A DNA stretch of 64,000 nucleotides, from assembly GCF_001194135.2 (NCBI RefSeq), contig NC_068994.1, positions 20,921,569-20,985,568 on the forward strand, written 5' to 3'. Source of the DNA: Octopus bimaculoides. Taxonomy: Eukaryota. How positions within the stretch are numbered: position 1 is the stretch's first letter; every line of letters begins with the position of its first letter. Below are positions 39,179 to 51,809 of the stretch, one piece after another. Under the pieces are notes generated by a model that saw only the letters and a program-made list of their open reading frames with translations, did no database searches and was not told the DNA's origin. The translations under genes were made by a program, and so were the position numbers.

Positions 39179-40033
39179 AACAGCCATTCTAATATTATAG
39201 CACTCAAAATTGGTTTGGCAAACTATTTTCTACTTAATTACCAACTTCTGTAAATAACTTTGTAATTTGGTAGAGTTAATGTTTATGTTTATTTTAATGT
39301 TGGATTACTCTAATGTTAATCTAGATCTTATATCTGGATTTATATTATAACTGTATCCAGCAGAAATCGGGTGTTATGAAACAGTAGGATAGTTTGAATC
39401 TCTATCTAGGCACAGGCTTATGTACAAAACAGTTTACAATTGTACTAATAAAAATAAGTATCGATACAGTGGTTAATGATTGGATGTTTAATGTACATAA
39501 ATTTGTGCGTAAAAGTATCAGAGCTGGTAGTGAGAGCTGAGCTAGACACAAATAATAGGTGTGCTGGAAAGGAAATTAATTTTAAAAATCTATTTAAATC
39601 AGTTTAGCATAGAAAAAAAATGTCTTTTAACCTGAGGAAGTTAGATGTATCCAGGAATGACTCCTTAGGATTAAACATTCATTTCAATTATCACAATTCT
39701 TCCTTTCATGAGTCAACAACAGAACCTGTTTCTGTTCGCTTGACCAGATAGCAATAGCAAAAAAATTACCTTTGAATTACACCTGTCTTTTTTAAAAGCA
39801 GAAACTGTATGATGTCTAGTGTACACTATGTCTGGAAAAAATAGAACAGGTTGGTCACACCGGAACGTCTCAGAGTTGACCTGACACTAAATGGCAACAT
39901 TACCTTTCATGCATAGATTCATAGAAAATGTTTGGTCAATGATGCCCTGTTTTACATGTAAATTGTTTCAACCTTTTTCATCTTATGTGTTCTAGCAGAG
40001 GTAGAACTTAACCTCAGTATTTACACCTGTTAA

Positions 40034-40250
40034 GGCAGCGAGCTGGCAGAATCGTTAGCACACCAGGTGAAATGCTTAGCAGCATTTCATCTGTCTTTAC
40101 ATTCTGAGTTCAGATTCTGCCAGGGTCAACTTTGCCTTTCACCCTTTCAGAGTTGGTAAAATAAGTACCAGTTGAACACTGGATTCAATGTAATTGATTC
40201 ACCCCTCCTCCGAAATTGCTGGCTTTGTGCCAAAATTTGAAACCAATATT
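40034..40250 (+). mobile_element. SINE family B with CpG decay
   Basis: ggcagcgagctggcagaatcgttagcac...gagttcagattc...gtcaactttgcctttcaccc. Confidence 0.9.
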
Positions 40251-40811
40251 TGCATCTGCTGTATAAGTATTTAATTAGATAAAGCCATACAGCTCAAAAT
40301 GACTTTACATTAGAGATGCTAAAAATTCAAAAATATTCCCATGATATCATTGTCCTTATTTAAAATCATCTCTGAAGAACTACATCACAGCTGTACAATT
40401 ATTTAATAAAAGCAAGACATTGTGTTCCTAATTATATATAACAGTAATTATGTATACATGTATTGTTTGAAATACATTATTAGCAAAAGATACTGAGCAG
40501 AGGACTTTGATATATATACAGTCTTAGTTTATCCATCTTGAGCATTAACATATGGATTGTTCTGGCTTCCAGCACATGAACATCCAACATATTGCTGTCC
40601 TTGAAGGAAGGAGACGTGCATAAATGTGTGTTAGATGTGCACATTCTTTCTTTCAAAATTATTGGAAACCTTTATAGATGCTTTTGCTGAAAATTTTGAC
40701 ACCATTAACTAGAAGCAGACATACTTAATTCAAAATAACTTTTGCTTCTCATGTTTTTGTGAGAGTTTTATAATTTTAGAATCCTAGATGTTATATATGT
40801 GTATGTATATG

Positions 40812-40843
<32 letters not shown>

Positions 40844-42252
40844 GGCAGACAGGCAGGCATGCATGCAAGCAATCAATAATTTCATATTCAAGTATACACC
40901 TTGTAGCATGCCATTTAAAACCCTGTTAACAGTATTTGGTCACCTGATGTCATGAACATAAGCAAAATGGAGATTTAAAAATGAGGTACCTTTTGACAAG
41001 TCACCTGGTGAGATACATCCACACCTACAATGTAACACAATTGGTTGTACAGCATCTTAGCCACGTGGCACTGGTGCATGATAGATCAAAATGATTGTGG
41101 TGAATAATAAAGCATCTCCTGAATTCCATTTTCTTTCTGTCAAAGTTTTATGTATATATATAATTAATGGAGAAAAATAGTAACTTTACAGTACAGTATG
41201 TAAAGTAAATTACCGCTAAAGCCCATGGAGTTTTACTCTAGTTTCAAATGTGAGAAATTTTTGTCTGGATAGTTTACCAGTCTTCATCCATGGTTCCTGG
41301 ATGATCTGGCACCTAATTCTTTTGAGGCAACATAGAATAGTGTCTCTCCAAGAAAACTCTCACTGTAAATTTGAACTCACAACCTTTAGTTTAGTCCAAT
41401 ACTTTACCATCTAACCAATCTGTTCACACCTAGGATTGAGAAAGACAGTAAGTAAAATTTTTCCAAGAATGCCAAATGCATACAATTAGCAACATCATCA
41501 GCATAATTTTACAACCATTTTTTTAATTGAACCCCCAAAACAATTTAGTTGCAGCCATATTTTAGGGTTTCTATTTGATTCTATGGGTCCCAGTATTTTA
41601 TCTAGTACATAATTTGTCAATGTCTATTTATTGAATAGCTATATCCACCTAAGAGATTCAGTGGGCTTAATAGCACAAGATATTGTGTGTGGTGCATCCC
41701 TCACCAGGTTATCCACACAGGCATACACATATATGTATATATTTTGCTTAGGCATTGTGAGGGTCATATCCTAGCGTAGAACTCAGTTGCACTTCATATT
41801 CAAGGCTCCAATAAAGTTAAAGTTCCTCAGGCACTCACCTATCAGTCCACTGCACTCTGTCTTATAGCAGAAACAGCTGTAAGCTAATGAAGTTCATAAG
41901 ATAATTGTTTATTCCTTTGTCATCTCATTTTCATATATGTATATATGAATATGAAGGGCTTCTCTAGTTTCTGTGCACCAAATTCCTCACATGGCAGTGA
42001 TCAACCTAATGCTATAGTAAATGCACTGCTTGCTGTAAATGCTGCATACTGGGATCATATCCAGAACCATGTGATTCTTAAAGGACATTTTCCATCACAC
42101 AGCTATGCCTATAATTACTTCTGCTTAGAAATAGTTATTTAACACTCTCTCTCATTCTCTCCTCTTCCCTCTACTGATTTTTAAAAAATAAAATAAAATA
42201 TTTGATAAGATTTCATGATACTCAATTATTCTATTTCTTTCTTCTTCTCCAG

Positions 42253-42436
42253 GGGGAATGAATTTAGACAGATGACATCTTCGGAACCATCCAACAAGGC
42301 ATCTATCAATAAAATATATCGACACCATCCCAATAAATCTCTTGATGCTAAATCAGGAGGAGGCGGAACAGCCGCCATGAAAAAAAGGGAGTTTGATAAT
42401 GTTGACAACATGTCATTTAGTCAAAAAGAAGAAAAG
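42253..42436 (+). CDS. Internal coding exon of an unidentified host gene (GNEFRQMTSSEPSNK...FSQKEEK)
   Basis: Strong polypyrimidine acceptor ttctttcttcttctccag|G and consensus donor AAG|gtaagt. Open frame lies within ORF 42215..42517. Length 184 nt, phase 2 to phase 0. Confidence 0.8.
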
Positions 42437-44809
42437 GTAAGTGAAATCACTTCTATTGCTTCAACAAAGCTGGGAAAAATTGTTTCTTTTCAGAGTAATG
42501 GTTTGGGTACAAAATGAGAAAGTGTGAATGTTTCAGAGTTTTTAGCCTATCAAAAATGTCTGGGTTTCTCTGGATGATGCTGGAATTCCCAAGTCTTAGC
42601 CTTTTTTTTCTTTTCTTATTCAAATTCATTGTTGAATATTTCACAATCATCTTTGTCACAGACATACTTTTTCACACTCTTATCTTTTCTTGCATTTCTT
42701 TCTTTCCTTCCTCCCCCTCTATCAACAAAACAAGTATGTGTTATATCATTACTTTTCTCAGTTCTCCCACTTCAACTTGTACTACCATTTATATCTTCCT
42801 GCGCCTTTATTTACCAAATGGCCCTGTAATCAGTCTTTCATGAGACAAAAACTTCACTCTATACGATCTTCTCTCTCCTCATTATTTATTTAACACCTTC
42901 ACCACTACCATCACCATAAAAAAATAATGCTGTAATAGTAATGCATTATTACTAAATACATTTATTTACTAAATAAATCTTTACAAGATTGTCATTAACA
43001 TCATTAGCTGAAATTCAGCTTAATTCTGACCACTTTGAATAGTTTTATATATTGTCCAACTTTTGTTATGCATTATTTTATTCCTGGAAAATTTGTTTCT
43101 ATTTTTTTATGTATCATCACAATTTGACCTTCAACAAATTATTTCTTGATTCTTATTATTAATTTCAAATATAACTTTTTCATTCGACCCAGTTCCTCAA
43201 TAATTAAACTTTATAGTACTAGAAATATGACATGATTTATTCAAAATCAATTGAAAGTCTTGCTGTAGTGTGTTTGATTAGGCATTCGTGAGTGAGGAGC
43301 AGTTACCTATCAATATTATGATATAAGGAAATTCTAGAGTCTCGTGAAAAGGAACTTGAGGAGGTCTGCACTGGCAAGAATGGGATTGTGTACCATTAAG
43401 AGAAGAGAGCACCAATGAGAGGAACGAATGTTGCTTTGTTGCATTTCTCATTAATGGAGCCTGTTAATGTCACACTGAAACATTGGTTGGTCACCCATCC
43501 AATCCTATCAAACAACCAAATCTGGCAGAGAACTCAACTCCTTTCATACTTGCCTTGAACAAGAAAACTTTCATCAATTTTCTCAAGCCCTTCTCTATCA
43601 GTTGATTCCTGATTAGAAAACCAGGCATCTGTAACTTTGCAACAAAACGAACACCAACCCACAGACAACTTTGCAAGCAGGTTTAGGTAGTCCCATCATA
43701 GTACTGTGATCTCATAAACAGCTAAAAATACATGATTCTCAAAAAGGATAATTTTCTACAGAGGAATATTATTGTTGTCAGAAAAGAACCATTAAAGTCT
43801 GAAACAGAATAGTCAAAGTAACATATTTTCTTGGTTTTCAGCACAACATACCGTTTCCTGCAATGCCATAACTTCTCTTCTTCTCAATATGTACACTCTG
43901 TTTTGTAATAGGGCTTTCGCCATAATTCTCATAGAAATCAACAATGCAGCAGTAATAACTGAAAATGTGCATCTGACATGAAGCCTTCCAGTATTCAGGT
44001 TATTCTATGTAATCAGTTTGCATATCTGCACACAAAGACACATTTCTAGTGGGGGAACAGTTTGTCTGCTAATTTTGACAGGTCAAGATATTTCATATAG
44101 TGGTTCCCTCAACTTGGCTGTCAGTTACAGAGAAGGGTTTATTTAAAGAATGAGTGATTTCTGACAGTTTTGATGGTTAGATTCATTGAAAATGCAGGAA
44201 TAACAAACATTTCATCATCACAGTGAGACAGGTGTAATAATAAAAATTCACCAATTCTTCAAGATAGTGCTACAGCTATTTTTAGTAGCACACTTGTTTA
44301 TTTCTTGTGTGTACTTGAGAGCTCTAAGCTATATTTTGAGTAATGTTAATTTGAGCTCTGAACCAAGAGGAAGTAAATTAACTTCTGTAATCTGTTTAAT
44401 CCACTGACCCCCCTCTCCCAGATATCTGTTCAAATTAATTGCATCTTGGCATTTTAAATTATCAATCTGTATACAACTTAGAGTTTATTGCTCTACCACT
44501 TAGGTATTCCATTTCCCTACATACTTTTCTGCTAAGTGTTATATGTACAATACACAAGAGGTCAATTCATTTAAATAAGGGATTCATTTCTGGAAAAGAA
44601 ATCATAATTTACTTTCCCTGTGTTTTCATATTTTCTTTATTTCCTCATTATTCCATTATTTGCCATTTATAATCATAAATCTTGACAAGAATTACTTGTA
44701 CTAATGATTTTTATTTTCATTATGTGAGTAATTTTAATTAATCAAACATTTCTTGGTACTCCTTACATTAAATATGTTAGCCCCACCCCACCCCACTTTT
44801 AAGTATATG

Positions 44810-45310
44810 ATCTTCATACAGAAGGCATTCATGAAAAATGTTCCCCATGTCACCATTTCAAATTGCTCTCTGGATCAGAAACATGACCCCTCACAAAGAC
44901 CCTGACATAGAGGACTCACTGCTTCAATAGCAGGGCCCTGAGAACCATCAAGAATATCAGATGGTACCGTCATGTTTCCAATGAACAGCTCTGCAGGCTC
45001 TTTTCAGCCCACAGCCTCCCACCTCATAACCATCTCCTGGTATGAACATATCTTCTGCCTTCCTCTTGATCATCCTACCAGGGCCTTACTCTCATTCAAC
45101 ACAGCTGCTGTTGGTTGGAAGAGCCCCCATGGCTGGAGGTGATTAAGAAAGATCTCCAGATGTTTGACATCATCTTGGAGGATGCAGAGGAGCTGGTACA
45201 GGACTGCCAGTGATGAGGAGCTCTGGTGGACCTGATTTGCTCTAAGTATAATGACACCTCTAGGACCACTAATCTGGGATGACCCTAACCTCATCAAGCA
45301 AGAGCATGAA
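44810..45310 (+). mobile_element. RTE-type LINE C-terminal fragment
   Basis: ETWPLTKTL...RALRTIKNIRWYRHVSNEQL...WLEVIKKDLQ. Confidence 0.7.
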
Positions 45311-45429
45311 GTAAATAATCAATGAATGGTTTTCACTAAAAATTTATATACAGTTCTATATTTAAGAGATGAGGAATTATGTACATTATTTACATTTGAC
45401 GGATATTTGCTCTCATCTTGTTTGTTGTT

Positions 45430-45476
45430 AACACAATGTTTTGGCTGATATACCTTCCAGGCCTTCGTCAGGTGTC
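45430..45476 (-). ncRNA. Degenerate type I hammerhead ribozyme motif, left arm
   Basis: GACAC-CTGACGA-A-GGCCTG(10)CAGCC-AAAAC-ATT-GTGTT. Two CpG-type G>A changes separate it from GAAAC-GTT. Confidence 0.7.
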
Positions 45477-45703
45477 TTGGGGGAAATTTCGAACCTGGGT
45501 TCTCATTCCTAAGGTATTTTGCAATGTTGTTATTATTATTCAGGTCACTGCCTGGAATCGAACTCGGAATCTTGGGGTTAAGAGCACAGGCTACTAACCC
45601 CAAGATTCCGAGTTCAATTCCAGGCAGTAACCTGAATAATAATGATAATAATAACATCGAAAAATACCTTAGGAATGAGAACCCAGGTTCGAAATTTCCC
45701 CAA

Positions 45704-45746
45704 GACACCTGATGAAGGCTGGAGGGTATATCAGCCAAAATGTGTT
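45704..45746 (+). ncRNA. Degenerate type I hammerhead ribozyme motif (Penelope-like), right arm
   Basis: GACAC-CTGATGA-A-GGCTG(10)CAGCC-AAAA-T-GTGTT. GAAA is mutated and 3 nt are missing, so it is probably inactive. Confidence 0.7.
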
Positions 45747-46900
45747 AACAACAAACAAGATGAGGACAAATATTCTGTCATTCTAAGGTCTGGTAGTACA
45801 AGTAAATCAATTTTTCATTGAGGTAGTCGGGTATGTTTAAAATATATCCAGAGTTGCCACCAAGAGTTGAATTTCCCTCTGCATTCCCTCATTCAATTTC
45901 TAATCAATTAAAATTTCAATGCTGTCTCCTTTGCCTCTGGCAAGAATCATCACTTAACATTGATGATTTTTTGTTTTTGTTTTTATGGGTATGATTTTAA
46001 TCAGTACAGATGTTTTCTTAGATAAATATGGTGAGTGCCTTTGCATGCTATGTGTACTATAAGAGAAGAAAGGATGAAATGTTATTTCTACTTCTATTAC
46101 TATTATGGCAGAGATTGTGTTATGAGAGTTTTCATTCTACTTCATTGCATTCGTGACTTCTGAATGCAGGTAGATGATTCTATTCATTAGAATCATTGAT
46201 TTTTATCCAAAACAAGCAAGAAAAAATTTTAGAGAATGTTCTCTAAAAACACCTCATTAACAGGTAAAAAAAACAAGTAAGAAACACCTCAGTGCATACC
46301 TATTGACTTTGTTTTAAAAAAATATCCCATTTTGAGACTAGTTCCATCTATATATTGATTGCATCAGATAATGATGAAACAACATTTTGTTTAAGTTTTA
46401 CAACAATAATTTGATGCAAATTCTTTGGTGTGTATCAGATATAGGTCATGAAAATACAAGGCTATATTAGCAAGAAAAAAACCCCATCTAGTATATATAT
46501 ATTAGGTTTGGGAAATAGTTTCTTGTGCTTTTTTTATGCATTTAGAAATTTATCAGAAATTGGACTAGTTCTATGAAAAATTAAATAATTTCAAATTCAG
46601 AGATTTACAACATTTAAATGTTTAAATCTCATAGTAAATAAAATCATAGGTGTTTCATAAGCAGAATATTTCATCAAATCGCTATAAAGGACCATTGCAT
46701 TTTTCTTTTAAATTGTGTGTAATGTCTATTGCTGGAATCAGCTATTTATGTCTAAGAAAAGAAAATGAAATATTACACTACCTCTGATTGCTATAACAAC
46801 TAAGATTGTATCAATATTATAGGAGTTTTCATTCTGTTTTGAGTGCAGAATGAAATTGCAATCTTATTTACCTTCTCCCAATAAATCTGAAGCTTTGGTA

Positions 46901-47310
46901 TCTTTTATCTTTTTCTTATTTCAGTCATTAGATTACAGCCATGCTGGGGCACTGCCTTGAAGAATTTTTAGGCAAATGAATCGATCCCAGTAGTTATTTT
47001 TTTTTAAGCTTGGTACTTGTTCTGTCAGTCTCTTTTGCCAAACTGCTAAATTAGAGATATAAACACACCAACACTGGTTATCAAGCTGTGATAGAGGACA
47101 AACACACACACACATGCACGTGTGTGTGTATGTATATATATATACATACGATGGGTTCCTTTCAGTTTCCACATACCAAATCCACTCACAAGGCTTTGGT
47201 AAGCTCAAGAATATATTAGTTCTGGTGGCCTAAAGTGCCACATAGTGGGACTGAACCCAGAACCATGCGGTTGGGAAGCAAACTTCTTATCACACACCCT
47301 CACCTGTGCC
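46901..47310 (-). mobile_element. SINE family A
   Basis: Reverse complement of 38772-39178. Confidence 0.9.
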
Positions 47311-48084
47311 TATATTTACCATTTCCCAATAATTCAGAGGCTTTGATACGTTTGTAAAAGTTTTATATTAATTTATTTTTTTTTAATCTCATACATACAT
47401 ACGTGTGTGTGTGTGTGTGTGTGTGTGTGCATTTCGGGTGGGAGTTTCTTTCTTTTTCCTCTGAATAGCTGAGTCACTGCATGTCACAAGTGATGTACAA
47501 ATGAGAGAACACACATAGTAGAGTTTAAGCATTGAAGCTGATGATTCAGTCTATCACTACTCCAAGATTCTCATCTGTATGCATTCATTTAGGTAAAAAG
47601 AGAAAAGAATTAAGACATTAGTGTGTGTGTTCTTTTAATGGCTGTAGTCATTAAGCTGCAGCCATACTGGGGCATTGCTTTCACAACAGCACTTTGTCTG
47701 GTACATATTCCATTATGCTTCTTATACAAAATGTTGTGTGAAGGGAGGTAATTCAGTTAGAATTAAGTACACGTGGTATTTCTGTTTGAATGTACAAGTT
47801 CTCATGTTGTGCTCATGAGCACAGCATATACGTATATATATATATATATATATATATACGCATCGTGCTACAGATCATGGTGAGAGGGATAACTTCCCTT
47901 GGCAAACAGGACACAGTCGTGTGTCGATAAGCCAGCTGGAGGAGATGTCCTCCTGGGGCTAAAAGCAACAGTAACATCCACCCCTAGGGGTCAGCCACAC
48001 TTAAGTGGCAATATACTACACTTTATCGTGCAGTTACTGTTAATACTTCATTTAGAGAATTAACATTGCTTATATATATATATA

Positions 48085-48500
48085 TATATATATATAGTTA
48101 AAATTTACAGAAAAACAAAAGATGAAGAGAGGTGTATAAACAACAAACAGGTGTATTTGACGCTCAGGAATGTGAGAAAGTCTTTTACATTTTGAGCCTA
48201 CATTCTTCAACAGAAAGGAATAAGAGAAAATAAACAGACAGAGAATAAAAAAAAAACTTGTCGATTTAGACATGCACAGTATGAAAAATCAGAAAGTTCA
48301 GAAAGTTTAGAAGTCATGGTATATTGGAGTGATTTTAAAATCAATGGAAGAGTCCAGTGAAATCCGTGAAAGTAGAGTCAGTATATCCAGTGGTAATCTG
48401 GTGGAGTGCTGGTATATAGATGAGGAGAGGTTCAGAAAGTTCAGACAGTAGTTAAGATACATAAGTCCAAAGAGTAGGAGGTTAAAGCAGGATATATATA
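48085..48500 (-). mobile_element. Probable Penelope-like element relic (pseudo-LTR with a hammerhead-like motif)
   Basis: Minus strand 48217-48181 reads CTTT-CTGTTGA-A-GAAT(GTAG)GCTC-AAAAT-GTA-AAAG. Bounded by (TA)n. The class assignment is inference. Confidence 0.45.
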
Positions 48501-48749
48501 CATATATATATATATATATCAGTTTCCATCTGTTAAATTTCATTTACAAAATATTTGTCAAGCCAAAGCTATGGTAGAAGATACTGCTCAAAGTACCATG
48601 GATCTATTTGGTTTAGAAATTTGCTTTGCAGCTATATATGCCATTGCAAAATAAATTTGACCACACCACCATGCTATATACATATACCATTGACCTTGAA
48701 ATTCTCTGATGAATTGTTTTAATTCATTGCACAGATGGAGGTGTGTGTA

Positions 48750-49075
48750 TCTTTTACTTGTTTCAGTCATTAGACTGCAGCCATGAATCAACCCCAGTAC
48801 TTTCTTTTTTTTAAGCCTGGTACCTATTCTATTAGTCTCATTTGCCAAACCACTAAGTCATAGAGGCATAAACTCACCAGCACTGATTGTCAAACGGTGG
48901 TGGTGGTGGCGGTGGCAGCAATGGCGGCAGACAAAGACACACACACATATACTTTCTGTTTCCATCTAGCAAATCTATTCACAAGGCTATAGTAGCAGGC
49001 ACTTGCCCAAGGTGCCACACAGTGGGACTGAACCCAGAACCATGTGGTTGGGAAGGAAACTTCTTACCACACAGC
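48750..49075 (-). mobile_element. SINE family A
   Basis: Reverse complement of the family A head and tail. A further fragment lies at ~48520-48600. Confidence 0.85.
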
Positions 49076-49432
49076 TTATATGCAAATATTTTTTTTTAAA
49101 TTATAATGCTGTGGAAGAGCAGAATGGTTAGCTGTGGAGAACAATGTCTTACAGCATTTAGTTATAATTCTTTGTTTTAAGTTTAAATCCTGCCAAAGCC
49201 TTTCTCTCATCCGACCAGGATTGATAAAATAAAGTATCACTTAAGTACTAGGTCAGTTTATATTCCTCCAGTGCATTCTAGATATTAATGGAATTATATT
49301 AGGTGTTACTTGGTTCTCTATTTCTTTTTGTATTTTGTGTATTTCATCTGTAATCCTGCTTCTCTTATTTCCACTTCTATTTTTCCTTTTCCTCATTTTC
49401 ATTACCATTCTGCTTTAACTATTTTCTTGCTT

Positions 49433-49812
49433 TCATCATCATCATCACTTAGCATCCATTTCCCATTCTGACATGGGTTAGATGGTTTAACTGGAGCTAG
49501 TAAGCCAAAGTGCTGCACCAAGCTCCAGTCTGTTTTCGCTTGGTTTCTAGAGCTGGATGCCCTTCCTAATGCCAACCACTTCACAGAATGTACTGGGTGT
49601 CTTTTACATGTCACTGGCATGGGTACCTTTTACATGTCACCAGCACAGGTGCCTTTCGTGATATCACTTAGGTTGATATGTCTTCTCAAGCACAGCAAAT
49701 CACCAAAAATTTCAGTTACCTGCCATCACCTCCTTGACACTCAACATTCCAAAGATCATATTCCACCATCTCATCTCACATCATTCTGGGTCTACCTCTT
49801 TCACAGGTTCCT
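49433..49812 (-). mobile_element. RTE LINE 3' end (ORF terminus and UTR)
   Basis: (CAT)n tail, ggatgcccttcctaatgccaaccac and ORF end GTCERGRP. Homologous to 3956-4660. Confidence 0.88.
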
Positions 49813-50468
49813 AAAAACATCTGATAAAGTCTGTTTTCAGTACACAAATTTTAAGGTATTAACTATCAGCTGAAAGTTTCGACTTCTCACCAACTGTAAC
49901 TATTAAATTGCACTGCAATTGCTCTTTTGTACATCAAAACTGTTATAGTTCACAGTTTCCTTCTCATAAAAGTTTCATGTTTTTGATCTGAGAATTGTAA
50001 GAAACAATTCTTATTAATTATTAAAGTGTGTTGACTGGCTAGCATTCATACACCATTAACTTTGAGCAACAGCTGTTTGTAAATCAATTACCATTCAGTA
50101 CTGATTGTCAGTGGTCATTTTTTATTCTATAAATGGAAGAATATATATAAAAATCCATTGTCCTTTTTACCTGTCAATTGCTAAATTATTCTGAATCAAC
50201 ACTAAATAACATTTACAATGCTGGATCAATGAACCAAGAGTTTGGTAATGACACAAATATTATTCATGGTCTAGTTTATGTTTTTGCTACTTATTCCAGC
50301 AAGGTACTTAATAAATATCTATAGTAACCTCCACTAGTTTAATGAATAATCTCTCTGACAAATGGTGTTCTGTTCCCATTTATCAAATTTGATGTCAAAC
50401 TGTCATTTGGTATGTTAAATTCAGAATTTTTTTGTTTATGAACTGCACACACACGCACGCACGCACAG

Positions 50469-50504
<36 letters not shown>

Positions 50505-50788
50505 ACAGTATGTTACAGTATTTAGGTTGCAGTTGCAAGCAACTTGAAATTTTCTCCTTTTCTCAAAGTTGGAATAGTTAGTAGTAGTAAAAATTGCTAG
50601 CTTTACTACGTGTTTTAATTAGCATTAATTATATTGCTCAAGTTCAGATTCAGTAGTAATTACAAATCTCTGCTAAAACTGTTTAGTGTAAATATCTGAC
50701 AGCTTTTAATGTCTTCCAGGTTTTTAGGTTGAACTACAATGCTTAGTTCAGTTTAGTTTTCATATTTCATTTGGTTTAAATTGCTGTT

Positions 50789-51184
50789 ACTCTTTACTCT
50801 TTTACTTGTTTCAGTCATTTGACTGCGGCCTTTGCATGAGCACTGCCTTTAGTCGAGCAAATCGACCCCCCATGACTTATTCTTTGTAAGCCTAGTACTT
50901 ATTTTATCAGTCTCTTTTGCCGAACCACTGAGTTACGGCGATGTAAACACACCAGCATCAGTTGCCAAGCGATGTTGGGCGGGGGACAAACACAGATACA
51001 CACACACATATATATACATATATACGACAGGCTTCTTTCAGTTTCCATCTACCAAATCCACTCACAAGGCCTTGGTCGGCCCGAGGTTATAGTAGAAGAC
51101 ACTTACCCAAGGTGCCACGCAGTGGGACTGAATCCGGAACCATGTGGTTGGTAAGCAAGCTACTTACCACACACCCACTCCTGT
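50789..51184 (-). mobile_element. Full-length SINE family A
   Basis: Close reverse complement of 38772-39178. Confidence 0.95.
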
Positions 51185-51809
51185 TGTTCAAATTGGTTTT
51201 AATATAATTAACGTTGTTCTTGTTAAAATGATAAAAATTTCCTACAAAATGTTAAGGGAAAAGTATGCTATGCATCATACTGCTCTATTTTGAATAGTCT
51301 CATAGCATCCAAAATCTAGAATTCGTGTTTGCCAATGTATATGTTGCTTAATTATATCTTCTAGTCACAAAAAGTATTGATTTGCTGTCCATATACTGTG
51401 ATGAAATAACCACTGATATAGAATTTGGACATCCTTCCAGCATTAATGTGGAATAACTGGTTGTTAAACAATACACATACAATATGATGAAAGTTTCAGA
51501 AGCCAAACTGGTATTTGGGGGATGGGGCAGGAATTAATAATTGAATAAACAAGACTTGTGGAAATTCCATGTTTTATAAATTTTCTTACTTGTATTTTGA
51601 TGCATAAATTTATACATTGTGATAACATTGTTTCATTATGTCAGATTTTTCTAACCTTATAGAAGTTATAGTGTTAGTAACACTATTATAAATATTAAGC
51701 ATAACACAGCAAATATAAATTTAACCAAAAATAAGTTGAATAAGTTAATAAATTTAGAAATGTATTTTGCTGAGAAACTTACCAAATACAATGTTTTTTG
51801 TTATATATA

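Larger units (their letters stand above)
45349..45780. mobile_element. Fold-back inverted dimer of a tRNA-headed, hammerhead-tailed SINE-like element
   Basis: Arms 45397-45580 and 45595-45780 are near-perfect reverse complements with a 14-nt loop. B boxes are GAGTTCGATTCC / GAGTTCAATTCC. The left arm extends to 45349. Confidence 0.9.
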
